Of a DNA stretch of 64,000 nucleotides, positions 46,691 through 62,213 are shown one piece after another. The stretch lies in the NCBI RefSeq assembly GCF_009914755.1, contig NC_060930.1; one strand, 5' to 3'. Every line of letters begins with the position of its first letter. Within the stretch, counting starts at the first letter, position 1. Origin of the DNA: the human T2T-CHM13v2.0 reference genome, Homo sapiens. A program made the position numbers and the translations under genes. Below the pieces are notes generated by a model. It did no database searches, was not told the DNA's origin, and worked only from the letters and a program-made list of their open reading frames with translations.

Positions 46691-48699
46691 ACCCTGAGAC
46701 TCAGAAGCACAGATGATGCCCTGATTCAGTCCAGGACTTGCTCTCTCCCTTCACTCTCTACCCTTGTTTTACCTGTATTTTAGGAGTCTTGTTGTTCATC
46801 GTTGCCTCATGAGGCCATCTAAATCTACCCTGACTTTTATGGAGAGGAAGTTGGTGACAGGTAATAGGACTGTGGTCCTTTCTATTATAGAAAATCATTG
46901 GCTCCTCACGCAAATCGACCCACCCCTTATTGGTGCTGTCTGTATCAGAGGAGTGAATGCTTTGACCAGTAAAACAAAAATCTCTAATTTTTTTATCTCC
47001 AAGCACAAGGTTCAGCATGACAAAAACCTGCAAAACTAATAGAGGCTCTTAAAATATGCTTTGGATGACCTTTCCAATGCCTGTGTAGAGCATCTAGCTG
47101 CTTTTTGTCCCTGTTGAAGGAGAAATTGCATCTGCTAGGGCTCCCAGCTGCATAGCTAACAGCTTATTAAAAGAAAACTCAAACAATAACAAAGTTAACA
47201 CTTACCAAATGTGCAAGTAAAACCTTATATTATCAAATACCCTCTCTAAATATCATTTAGTTTTTATATAGTCAAAATGTGATATTTGAAAGTGAAATCT
47301 ACATAGATCTATATCTTATAGATGTGCTAATGTGTTAGAAATACAACAGAATACACATTATGATGAAGTTTTTACTAGGAAAATTAAAATGGAAATTGAA
47401 TAATTAGGTAAACCAAATTGAACACTATTTTCAGTCTAGCTTAGTTTCTTTGCTAATAGAAAGTGTGTATATTGGGAAAAAGAAGTTAACCAAGCTTTTT
47501 GGATAATTTTTCATTATGTGTCTACTTCCCTAGTATGAACCTAGTATTCTTTCGGGAGAATATTTTAACCAAGATCTTAAAAGGTACACATAAATTAAGC
47601 TTATGTGCAAAACAAAGACAGAAAAACTGTGGAAATAAATATTTAAAGGAAGAACTTGACTTCTTCTGTTTGAAAAGGAGATTAAAACTATCCACACAAA
47701 GCATCCGGGAGATCTGGCAAACATGCCCTGGCACTTTCCCTACACAAAAGACAGAGTCTTACACAATTCTTCCATTCACTCATGGGCTCATTTCTGTTGG
47801 CCACCCATGCTCCCCGAAGACAGCTTATGGAACTGGATTGCATCAGCAAGGCGTGATGGATGAGCAGGGACATCACCAGGGAGGGAGTACTCTGCCTTTG
47901 GCTTGGTTTAGTGTCAGATGTGAAGGAAAGAGGAGCAGTAAATTTGGAAACTATGTTGGAAGAAACTAAAATTTATTTTTAATCTCTGTAAGTTCCAAAG
48001 AAGGAATAAAACCTGCAAATTTGATAGTGAGATGATTGGGCTAATTTGTAATGTAATTCATCAAAACACAGGAACTGGAGTTCAGCCCTTCAGGCACGGG
48101 GAGATGCTTAGGAAAAATTGCATGTTAATTTCCCCATTTGGGATTTCTTATATAGACTTCAAATTCTAATTCTACAAGTGCAACTAGAAAGTCAGAAAAA
48201 CTACAGTCTTCTGTAAACTTTGCTTTTTGATTCAGCTAGGTTTTCATATGATATTGGAAGAAAACCTCCGTGAATAGGGGGTTAAACAGAAATGAAAAGG
48301 ATTTAACATATCAGCACATAAATTTAATTAAGGGCTAAAACCCAACAGTATCACAGAAAGCTTAAATGAACAAGCTTCAGAGGGATTTGCCAAATTAATT
48401 TTGTCAATGCTACCAATTAATGCTGCATTTAGAGCTGAGAGCTGTGAGGAGAGATTTTTGCAAGGATAATTGTGGGATTTCCTTGACTCTTGTGTCATCT
48501 TGCCACCAAGATTGTGCTTGTGTCGATTGGTTTTGTTGAATGCATTTTTGTGGCAATGTCTCCCTGCTTATTTTACAGTAATTCTCAGTAGGCTGTGCAA
48601 GGACCATACAATACTTCAGTGATGCTGTACTCTCATTTAGGAAAATAGGATCCTGAACTGCCAATTAAATTTATGCTAACTGAATCAAAGAAGGGCTTT

Positions 48700-50385
48700 T
48701 CATAACTATTTTGGCAATCAACATAAATTGTTGATGAGGTAGTATGTGGAAAGCCCTGTGCTGGTGATAATGGTGGATACAAAATTGCATCATTTATAGA
48801 TCCTGTCCTTATTGACTTACAGTTCGTATGTAGGATAAGACATACCCAAATGACTAGAATAGAAAGTATAAAATGAAAAGTATTGCAAAAGAATTGTGGA
48901 TGGTTTGAGAAAGTCAGAGGGGATGAGAGGTTACTTGCACATGTGATGGAAATAAAGCTCTCTTCAGAGATGAGGAAAGAAATTCAAGAGAGCAGAAGGT
49001 GTGAACAAATTGTGATGTTAAAAATGTCAGAGTATAGATTGCAATGAGCAAGTCATTCAATTGGGCTGGAGTAGAGGAGTCATTAAGAAGAGTAGGCAGA
49101 AAAAAAGTTGGAAAAATAGGATATTGGCCATGTCATAGGAGCTTGAGAACGGTAGAGAAAAGGGGGTTGGCTCTATAATAGATAGTGAAGAGCTAATGAA
49201 TGTTTTTGAGCAGGCAAGTAGTTTATTCAGAATTGTGAGCAGGAAGAATATACTGTAAAGTGGTTTAGGACTGGAGGATATTCTGAGGGAGAGAGACTTA
49301 TAGGAGGCCTTTCTAATATCATAGTTGAAGGGTGATAAGGACTAAACGACAGAGGAAGGGTTAACAGAGATAAGAATTATTTAGAAATATATTGCAGAAT
49401 TGAAATGTATAGAATTTAGCTAAAACTTGGGGATGGAGGATAAGAGAAAAAAGTGAGAGGCTTGATGTAGTTTGGATATGTGTCCCTACTCAAATCTCAT
49501 GTTGAATTGTAATCCCCAGTAATGGAGGCAGGGCCTGGTGGGAGGTGATCAGATTACGGAGATGGATTTCTCATGAATGGTTTAGCTCCCATCCTCTTGG
49601 TGCTGCCCTCTTGATAGGGACTTCTTGGGAGATCTGGCTGTTTAAAACTACATGGCACATTGCTGTCTCTCTCTTGCGCCTGCTTTCACAATGTGAAGCA
49701 CCTGCTGCCACTTTGCCTCCTGACATGAGTAAAAGCTCCCTGAGGCCTCCCCAGAAGCAGCTGCCACCATGCTTTCTGTACAGCCTGCAGAATCATGAGC
49801 CAATTAAATTTCTTTTCTTATAAATTACTCAGTCTCAGGCATTTCTTTATAGCAATGTGAGAATGGATTAATACAGAGGTGATACCAGAATTTTAAATCT
49901 TGATGCCCTGGAAGATGGCCACACTATTAGTAAAACTGGAGAAGTCAAGAGGAGGAGCTGGATGAAGGGAGAAGGGGGAAAATATACTGAGTGTGAAGGG
50001 CAGATGGGATATGTGGACAGCTTCAGGAAGCAACTGGAAATACACAGCTGAAATATAAAAGAGAGAACTTGGCCTGGATTTCAGGTTTGGAGGCCATGTC
50101 TCTAGAAGTGTCAACTGAAGACAGGGGATTGAATAGATTGTTCAAAGGAATAAGGTAGTTGAGAAAGAGAAGTGAAAATGTTAAGGGCAAAAACTTGGAT
50201 CATATACATTTCAGGAGTGAAAGAAAGGAAAAAGAGAAATCATCAGAGTTCTGGGAGGAGACCCAGAGAACAATGTCTCATTGGAAGCCAAGGGAAAAGA
50301 AGACAAAGAGAAGGTAATCAACAGGAGAGAAAGAATGAGAGAATGAGGGAAAAGACTATTGAATCTTGGTGTTCATTCATTTAGG
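48700..50385 (-). mobile_element. LINE-2 fragments interrupted by an MST LTR
   Basis: Purine-rich degenerate antisense L2 similarity. Confidence 0.6.
49463..49875 (+). mobile_element. MST (MSTB-like, MaLR) solo LTR
   Basis: TGATGTAGTTTGGATATGTGTCCC...GGATTAATACA. Confidence 0.88.
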
Positions 50386-50549
50386 CTTCAAGTCCTCTGG
50401 ATTTTTCATTCGAAAGATTTCCTTTTTGGTCTGAATTATTCTTTTTGCAAATTAGCTTTGCCCTAACCTAGACAGCTTGCTCTCAAATTTGTTCTAAGAG
50501 ACACAGTTGTGTTAATACTGTATAAAGCCTCATTTTCAACTTCCTCAGT

Positions 50550-50706
50550 AATAAATAATAACTATATGTTAATGTTTCTTATGGGCAAGCAATGCACTAA
50601 GTTCTTTATATGCATTTTCTTATTTGATTCTCATAAATAGGTGTGTCACTTTATTCTGACATTTAACAGATAAGGAAACTGAGCACAAAGAGGCTAAGTA
50701 ATTTTC
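50550..50706 (-). mobile_element. MIR fragment (resumes at ~57831-57915 after nested insertions)
   Basis: ACAGATAAGGAAACTGAGCACAAAGAGGCTAAGTAA MIR core. Confidence 0.75.
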
Positions 50707-50728
50707 TTTTTTCATTATTTTTATTTTT

Positions 50729-51132
50729 GTTTATTTTTATTTTCAAATGAATCTGTATCTTTATTCATGGTTCAAGCATTATTTCCACTTAATTAAAAAT
50801 GAACACATCCCCTGGAACTTAAAATAAAAGTTGGAAAAAAATGAATGCATCTTTAATCTTTTATGGTTACAGATATGATGGAAAAATTGTTTCTGCCTCA
50901 AAACCCTACTTTATAAATAATTAATGAAATGTAGACATGGATAAACATCTCTAAAATTGCATTTCCCAGGGATATATCTATTTAACTCCTGATTCTTTTT
51001 TTTTGAAGTAAATTTTTTTATTAATTAAATTCACGTTACATTATCAGTAAAATAATTTTTTCCTTAAATGGAAGATTTCTATCATCAAAGTAATAGTTAA
51101 AATTATAAGATTCAAAAAAGATTTTATGGATT
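50729..51132 (-). other. 3'-transduced sequence and degenerate poly(A) of L1-D
   Basis: Lies inside TSD ATTATTTTTATTTTT (50714-50728, 57271-57285); minus-strand AATAAA at 50760-50765, 16 nt before the A-tail. Confidence 0.75.
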
Positions 51133-51362
51133 TAATTTTTTTATTATTTATTATTATTATTATACTTTAAGTTCTAGGGTGCATGTGCACAACGTGCAGG
51201 TTTGTTACATATGTATACATGTGCCATATTGGTGTGCTGCACCCATTAACTTGTCATTTACTTTAGGTATATCTCCTAATGCTATCCCTCCCCCCACCCC
51301 CACCGCACAACAGGCCCTGGTGTGTGATGTTCACCGTCCTGTGTCTTAAGTGTTCTCATTGT

Positions 51363-55364
<4,002 letters not shown>

Positions 55365-55427
55365 TACAATGTTAGCTGGTTATTTTGCTCTTTAGTTGAC
55401 GCATTTTCTTCCTAGCCTCAATGGTCT

Positions 55428-56454
55428 TTACACTTTGGCATGTTTTTGCAGTGGCTGGTACCGGTTGTTCCTTTCCATGTTTAGTGCTTCCTTCAGGAGC
55501 TCTTTTAGGGCAGGCCTGGGTGGTGACAAAATCTCTCAGCATTTGCTTGTCTGTAAGGGATTTTATTTCTCTTTCACTTATGAAGCTTAGTTTGGCTGGA
55601 TATGAAATTCTGGGTTTAAAATTCTTTTCTTGAAGAATGTTGAATATTGGCCCCCACTCTCTTCTGGCTTGTAGGGTTTCTGCCGAGAGATCCTCTGTTA
55701 GTCTGATGGGCTGCCCTTTGTGGATAACCCGACCTTTCTCTCTAGCTGCCCTTAAGATTTTTTCCTTCATTTCAACTTTGGTGAATCTGACAATTATGTG
55801 TCTTGGAGTTGCTCTTCTTTAGGAATATCTTTGTGGTGTTCTCTGTATTTCCTGAATTTCAATGTTGGCCTGCCTCCCTAGGTTGTGGAAGTTTTCCTGG
55901 ATAATATCCTGAAGAATGTTTTCCAAGTTGGTTCCATTCTCCCCGTCACTTTCAGGTACACCAATCAGATGTAGATTTGGTCTTTTCACATAGTCCCATA
56001 TTTCTTGGAGGCTTTTTTCATTTATTTTTACTATTTTTTCTCTAAACTTCTCTTCTTGCTTCATTTCATTCATTTGATCTTCAGTCACTGATACCCTGTC
56101 TTCTAGTTGATCGAATTGGCTACTGGAGCTTGTGCATGCATCATGTAGTTCTAATGTCATGGTTTTCAGCTCCATCAGGTCATTTAAGATCTTCTTTACG
56201 CTGTTTATTCTAGTTAGCCATTCGTCTAACCGTTTTTCAGGGTTTTTAGCTTCTTTGCAATGGGCTCAAACATCCTCCTTTAGCTTGGAGAAGTGTGTTA
56301 TTACCGATGGTCTGAAGCCTACTTCTGTCAACTTGTCAAAGTCATTCTCCATCCAGCTTCGTTCTGTTGCTGGCGAGGAGCTGTGTTCCTTTGGAGGAGA
56401 AGAGGTCCTCTGATTTTTAGAATTTTTAGCTTTTCTGCTCTGGTTTCTCCCCAT
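55428..56454 (-). pseudogene. L1-D ORF1p remnant
   Basis: MGRNQSRK start; REKG and YPAKLS motifs; stops and frameshifts. Confidence 0.9.
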
Positions 56455-57285
56455 CTTTGTGGTTTTGTCTACCTTTGGTTTTTGATGATGGTGACGTGCA
56501 GATGGGGTTTTTGTGTGGATGTCCTTTCTGTTTGTTAGTTTTCCTTCTAAGAGTCAGAACCCTCAGCTGCAGGTCTGTTGGAGTTTGCTGGAGGTCCACT
56601 GCAGACACTGTTTGCCTGGGTATCACCAGCGGAGGCTGCAGAACAGCAAATATTGCAGAACAGCCAATGTTGCTGTCGGATCCTTCCTCTGGAAGCTTTG
56701 TCTCAGAGGGGCACCGGGCTATATGAGGTGTCAGTTGGCCCCTACTGGGAGGTGCCTCCCATTTAGGCTACTCGGGGGTCAGGGACCCACTTGAAGAGGC
56801 AGTTTGTCCTTTCTCAGATCTCAAACTCTGTGCTGGGAGAACCACTACTCTCTTCAAAGCTATCAGACAGGGACATTTAAGTCTGCAGAATTTTCTGCTG
56901 CCTTTTGTTCAGCTATGCCCTGCCCCCAGAGGTTGAGTCTATAGAGGCAGGCAGGCCTCCTTGAGCTGCGGTGGGCTCCACCCAGTTCGAGCTTCCTGGC
57001 TGCTTTGTTTACCTACTCAAGCCTCAGCAATGGTGGGCACCCCTCCCTCAGCCTGGCTGCCATCACCTTTCAGTTCCATCTCAGACTGCTGTGCTAGCAG
57101 TGAGCAAGGCTCCGTGGGTGTGGGACCCTCCAAGCCATGAGCGGGATATAATCTCCTGGTGTGCTCTTTGCTCAGTTGGAAATGTAGAAATCACTCGTCT
57201 TCTGTGTCACTCACGCTGGGAGCTGTAGACTGGAGCTCTTCCTATTCGGCCATCTTGGAACCTACAACCTATTATTTTTATTTTT

Positions 57286-57651
57286 TAATTTTATTTTTTT
57301 AAGAGCAGTTTTAGGTTTACAGTAAAATTGAGAGGAAGTACAGTGATTTTCCATACACTCCTGCCTGCACACATGCATAGCCTCCCACATGATCATCATC
57401 CATCACCAAAGAGTACATTTGTTGCAATTGATGAACCTACATTGTCACATCATAATCATTCAAAGTCCATATTTTACCTTAGAGTTCACTCTTAGTAGTG
57501 TACATTCTATAGGTTTGGACAAATGTATAGTGACAAATAGTCATCATTAAAGCATCATAAAGACTATTTTCACTGCCCTAAAAAGTCTCTGTGCTTCACC
57601 TACTCATCCCTTGGCTCCACCCCTGGATCATTTTACGATTGCCATAGTTTT
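57286..57651 (-). mobile_element. Old L1M 3' end (MB/MC class)
   Basis: GAGCAGTTTTAGGTTTACAG...TGATGAACCTACATTG; outer TSD GAGGCTAAGT(A/G)ATTTTC. Confidence 0.75.
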
Positions 57652-57668
57652 GAGGCTAAGTGATTTTC

Positions 57669-57830
57669 CTAATATTTATAGACTCAGGAGGTACATGTGC
57701 AAGTTTGCTACATGGATATATTGTGTAATGGTGAAGTTTGGGCTTCCAGTGCACCCATCACCTGAAGAGTGAATATTGTACCCAATAGGTAATTTTTCAA
57801 CCCTTACCCCCCTTCCTTTTTCTCCCCGCC
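57669..57830 (-). mobile_element. Short L1MA/L1PB-like 3' end
   Basis: GGTACATGTGCAAGTTTGCTACATGG...GTACCCAATAGGTAATTTTTCAACC. Confidence 0.75.
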
Positions 57831-60776
57831 AGCTTAGGTAATTTGTCCACGATCTGATAATTGATCAATGAACAAGTTTCTCCATCTCTTAGTCCTAACC
57901 CTTAACTACTAGTCTACATTATTTTCTTTGCTTGTGTGTATGCCTTTACACACATAAAAGTACCAAAAACCTGTAAAAAAAGTGTATTTGTGACATTGGT
58001 AGGCATAGTATTGTAGTTAAGATGTTTTGTAATAGAAGGTTAAGTTGCTTCCTTGATAATGTTTATATATATTTTCTTTCAATACAAATTTCTTTTTTAG
58101 CTCTTTCTTATTTTTTCTCATACATGTCATATGAATCAAATATTCATTTAATAATGAAAGTCAGATACATCATGTTTTTATAATACCAAAATCTGGAAAT
58201 AGCCAAGAGAGTTTGGATTTAATATAACGCATGGAATATTAATGGAAAAAAATCAATTTTTTAAATCCTGATGTTTCAGAAATGTGACATCAGGTCCTCG
58301 TTCACAATTTATAAAGCTCAGAAATCTGGCACTTTGGGCTCACAGAAAAGATGAACCGAAACATTACTAGTAAGCTCAAAATATCCAAGGAAACGGCAAA
58401 TGTGTATGCTATGAAGAACTCTAGAGAGAAAGAAGCAGCAAAATCATTTCTCATTTTTAGAAGCAATAAAATATTTTTAGAAAGACCACATTTTGATTGA
58501 CTCTCTAGTTATAACTTTTATGACTAGAGAATTATTTGAATCATATGGTGATTTTTAAAAAATAAAGTTCTGCTTCCCTATCCCTGAAAAAATCAACATC
58601 CATCACCAAAGAGTACATTTGTTGCAAATGATGAACCTATGTTGTCACATCAAACTGGATGCTTATCAAACTGGTTGGTTACTTGGGCAAATACTCATAT
58701 CCATCCAGAAACAGGTTACACAGAGTATGAATTATCTTGATCTCTCCTCCCCCTCTGCCTCTCTCTCTTCCTCGCTTTCACTCTTTTACCATGCTGATTT
58801 CTCTTTTCTTAACTTCAGTGATCCCCAAGAAGGTAATATAGAGTAATCTAGTTTTGGTAATCATTGCTCAAGTAGAGGGGATTTAAAAGTCTGTAATCTC
58901 TCTCCTCCTTAGCATAGCTGAATAAAAAATGAGCTGTTCTAATGCTTTGATAGCATTCATCTGTACCAAGCAGCCAATGTATCTGATACCACCTGCAATT
59001 CAGGTTTACACAATGTGAATTTTCACTTGATACAATTACACTTCTTTATTGCTTTGAAGATGGCATAGCAGACTTACCCACTTGATTGTTCAGGAAAGAT
59101 GAAGATTGATGCTATAACTTTATCCCAGTCACTCATTGACAGCACATAAGAGTGACTATACAATGTCTGGTACTGTGAGTTCAAAGACATGGCTCCTATT
59201 TATAGTAGCTATGACCTCAGGTGTCCTGATCTTAAGTATAAAAACCCGTATGTATGTAATAATGTCTTATATTAACCAAACTTCTCTTTACTGTGTCTTG
59301 TATGCATTTGGCCTCAGAGTTGTATTTAGAGAGAAAACCTCCAAAACATGGAGATTTGGGAAAGGAGATGTGTGTGAATATTTGGGAAAGAAGTCTGTTT
59401 TGGAAGGCATTATTTTATTATTCTATCCAACCTTATTTTAAAAATACAGAAATAACCTCTAAGCTAGAACTGGGCTGTCTTAGTAAGCTTTTCATAAATA
59501 CTGTTCAATTTTATTGAGCAGTCATAGAAGCTTAATTTGTACCTTAGTGTTTAGTGAAAACTGAATATTTAAAAGGTTAATCAAGTCATCTTTATATCCT
59601 CAATATCTAGCAACTATTTGTTCTTTGAATGAATGAAACTATGTGGTTCTCTAATATTAGAGACAGAACAAAGGAAAATGAACTTACATGGTTTTTTCTC
59701 CCCTTTGGGAGAAATATTTAACATGCTACAGAGAACCTATAGTTTTTAAAGATCCTCAGACCTTTAATAAAACCCTTTTTGCTTAGATTCAAGCAATTTT
59801 TATACTTTTGCTTTCATTAAAGCATATATTGAGCTTTGGAAACATATGAGAATTAAGTGGAATCACATAATATGAATTATGTTAGTTTTAGAAATATATT
59901 TTGTAACTGTCATGTTTTCTTTCATTCACCTCATTAATTTGAATTATTAAAATGTTATATTTATGTATATAACTTTCTTCTTACATATATGTAGTCTGTG
60001 CTCTTTATCTCACAAAGATCAATTGAGGATTTAAAAAATTTAAGTATCGCTGCTTGTAAGCAGTGAAACTATATTAATAGAAAAAACATCACAGAAAATA
60101 ATTGGAAGATATAATTTAAATTAATTTATATAACCTAATTAAAAATAATTTTAAATAAATACCAGGTAAACTGTCTAGTAACAACTTCTCTTAGATAGGG
60201 ATATGATTTTCCTGACATAACGGTGAGAACACAGTTGTCCTCAGACACTTAGACCAGAATTAAGGAAGTACTAGAGTACATGCCATGAAAGAAAGACTAG
60301 ACTGAAGAACCTTTTGGGTGAATAATCCATTATGTCTTTCCCATCTGTTTTATGCTGTTCACATTCTCGCTATGTGAAGTTATTCAGCCACTGGAGGTCT
60401 CTGTTTCTCTGTATAATTTTAGCAAGATGCATGTTTATCATTATTTGTAAAGAGAACCATTCCCTTACAAAATCACTGATATTAAATAAGGGAAGCTAGT
60501 TAGCTACATTTCTGTTTTCAATAGCTAGAAACTGTATAAGCCTTCTATATGTTATAGTCACAGTTTCAGTTTATACAGGACAAAATTTGTGGCAATTATC
60601 TTGCGTGGGATTGGATGAATATCCACATTTCAGGATCTTCAAATAGCTTTGTCTTCAGTATTATTTCTATTTATGTGACAAAGCACCAACTATAATTGGT
60701 GAATTGATTTTGCCTTCTCTCAATTTTCTTATTTGGAAAATTTACATGTTTTTCTTTAAAATATAAAATAACCTGA

Positions 60777-60777
<1 letters not shown>

Positions 60778-60815
<38 letters not shown>
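60778..60815. repeat. (TG)~19 microsatellite
   Basis: Direct observation. Confidence 0.95.
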
Positions 60816-60816
<1 letters not shown>

Positions 60817-60827
60817 ATATATACATA

Positions 60828-61240
60828 TTTTTTTATTTTTTTTGTGAGATGGCATCTAAGATGCCATCATTCTAAGATACACCATTATTTTATGAATCAG
60901 TAAGATAAAAAAAAATTACCAAATTAAACCAGGACACAATATTTATTGTAATATGTATCTTGGTTTCTAGCTCTGTCACCCAGGTGGGAGTGCAGTGCCA
61001 CAATATCACCTCACTACAGCCTTGACATCCTGGCCTCAGGTGATCCTTCTGCTTCTGCCTCCTGAGTAGCTGGGACCACAGGCACACACAATGAGCACAG
61101 GCAGTTAATTTTTAACTTATTTGTAGAGACAGGGTATCCCTATGTTGCCCAGGCCGGTCTTGAACTCCTGGACTCAAGTGATCCTCCCACCTTGGCCTCC
61201 CAAATTGCTGGGGTTATAGGTTTGAACCACTGCTCCCGGC
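60828..61240 (-). mobile_element. AluJ interrupted by a 114-bp templated insertion
   Basis: AluJ-type diagnostics (TATGTTGCCCAGG, CTCAAGTGATCCTCCC); foreign block at 60854-60967. Confidence 0.88.
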
Positions 61241-62035
61241 TGTAAAATCCTTCTTCTAAAAGAAGGATTTCAAGGAATTAAGAGAATATTTGCCTACAAA
61301 CTACCTTGAAATATATTTTAAGACTAATAAAAATTCAAGTTGGAACTATGTAAGGATTGAAATATTGAAAATGTTACAATTCCTGGAAGCAATGCCTCAT
61401 AACCACAGATTTTAATGTTGAAAGTACATTTCTATGAAAAATTATTTACCGAAAACTTACATTATGTAAGGTAGTGTGCTGTTGAATGGGATATGCAGGC
61501 AATGAAGAGAAAGAGTGTTTTGAAGCAAGTTCTAGCAGACAGAGGTGAGGATAACACAAAAAATGTATTTAACAAAATACAGTACTATGGAGGCTCAAAT
61601 ATAAAAGAGATCACATCTGCTCCAATAACATCAGAAAAAAATTCTATGCATGCTGACATTGGGTGGGTGGGACTTTGATAGACAACTGTTTGGTCAGGGG
61701 TCAGGGCTGAGAAAATATGGGGTAATTTTGCAGAATAGCAGGTGGTATAGGTTGGTTGAAGGACAGAGTATATGACATGCAATGATGTGGTCAGGACTTT
61801 AAATTTCAGCCTGAGAATTAAGAATTTAATTTAAAGGGGTACAGGAAAAGATGAAATTCATACTTAATGAATTTATACTATAAGGCATTCCTATCTCTGG
61901 TACTTTTAAAATGATAACTCTTCTAAATATTACCACCATTTAATGGCCAATGATGCTTAGACAGAAGGAGATGAAGTTGTTTACATAAGGTGACAATTTT
62001 GCAAATTGATTAAGGAAAGAAGAGATATACACTTA

Positions 62036-62213
62036 ATGTATATCACCAAATCTAAGATGCCATCATTCTAAGATACACCATTATTTTATGAATCAGTAAG
62101 ATCGAAAAAATATTACCAAATTAAACCAGGACACAATATTTATTGTAATATGTATCTTGGTTTCAGAGATGGTAAAATATTTTTTAAAGGGTATCTTTAA
62201 ATTGAGAAAATAA
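62036..62213 (-). mobile_element. MER104-like (TcMar-Tc2) element
   Basis: Minus strand CATCTCTGAAACCAAGATACATATTACAA and the TCTAAGATGCCATC motif resemble recalled MER104. Confidence 0.6.

Noticed and set aside
47499-47969. 156-aa ORF in unique sequence
   Set aside because: Non-ATG start, no recognisable domain or exon structure; consistent with chance.
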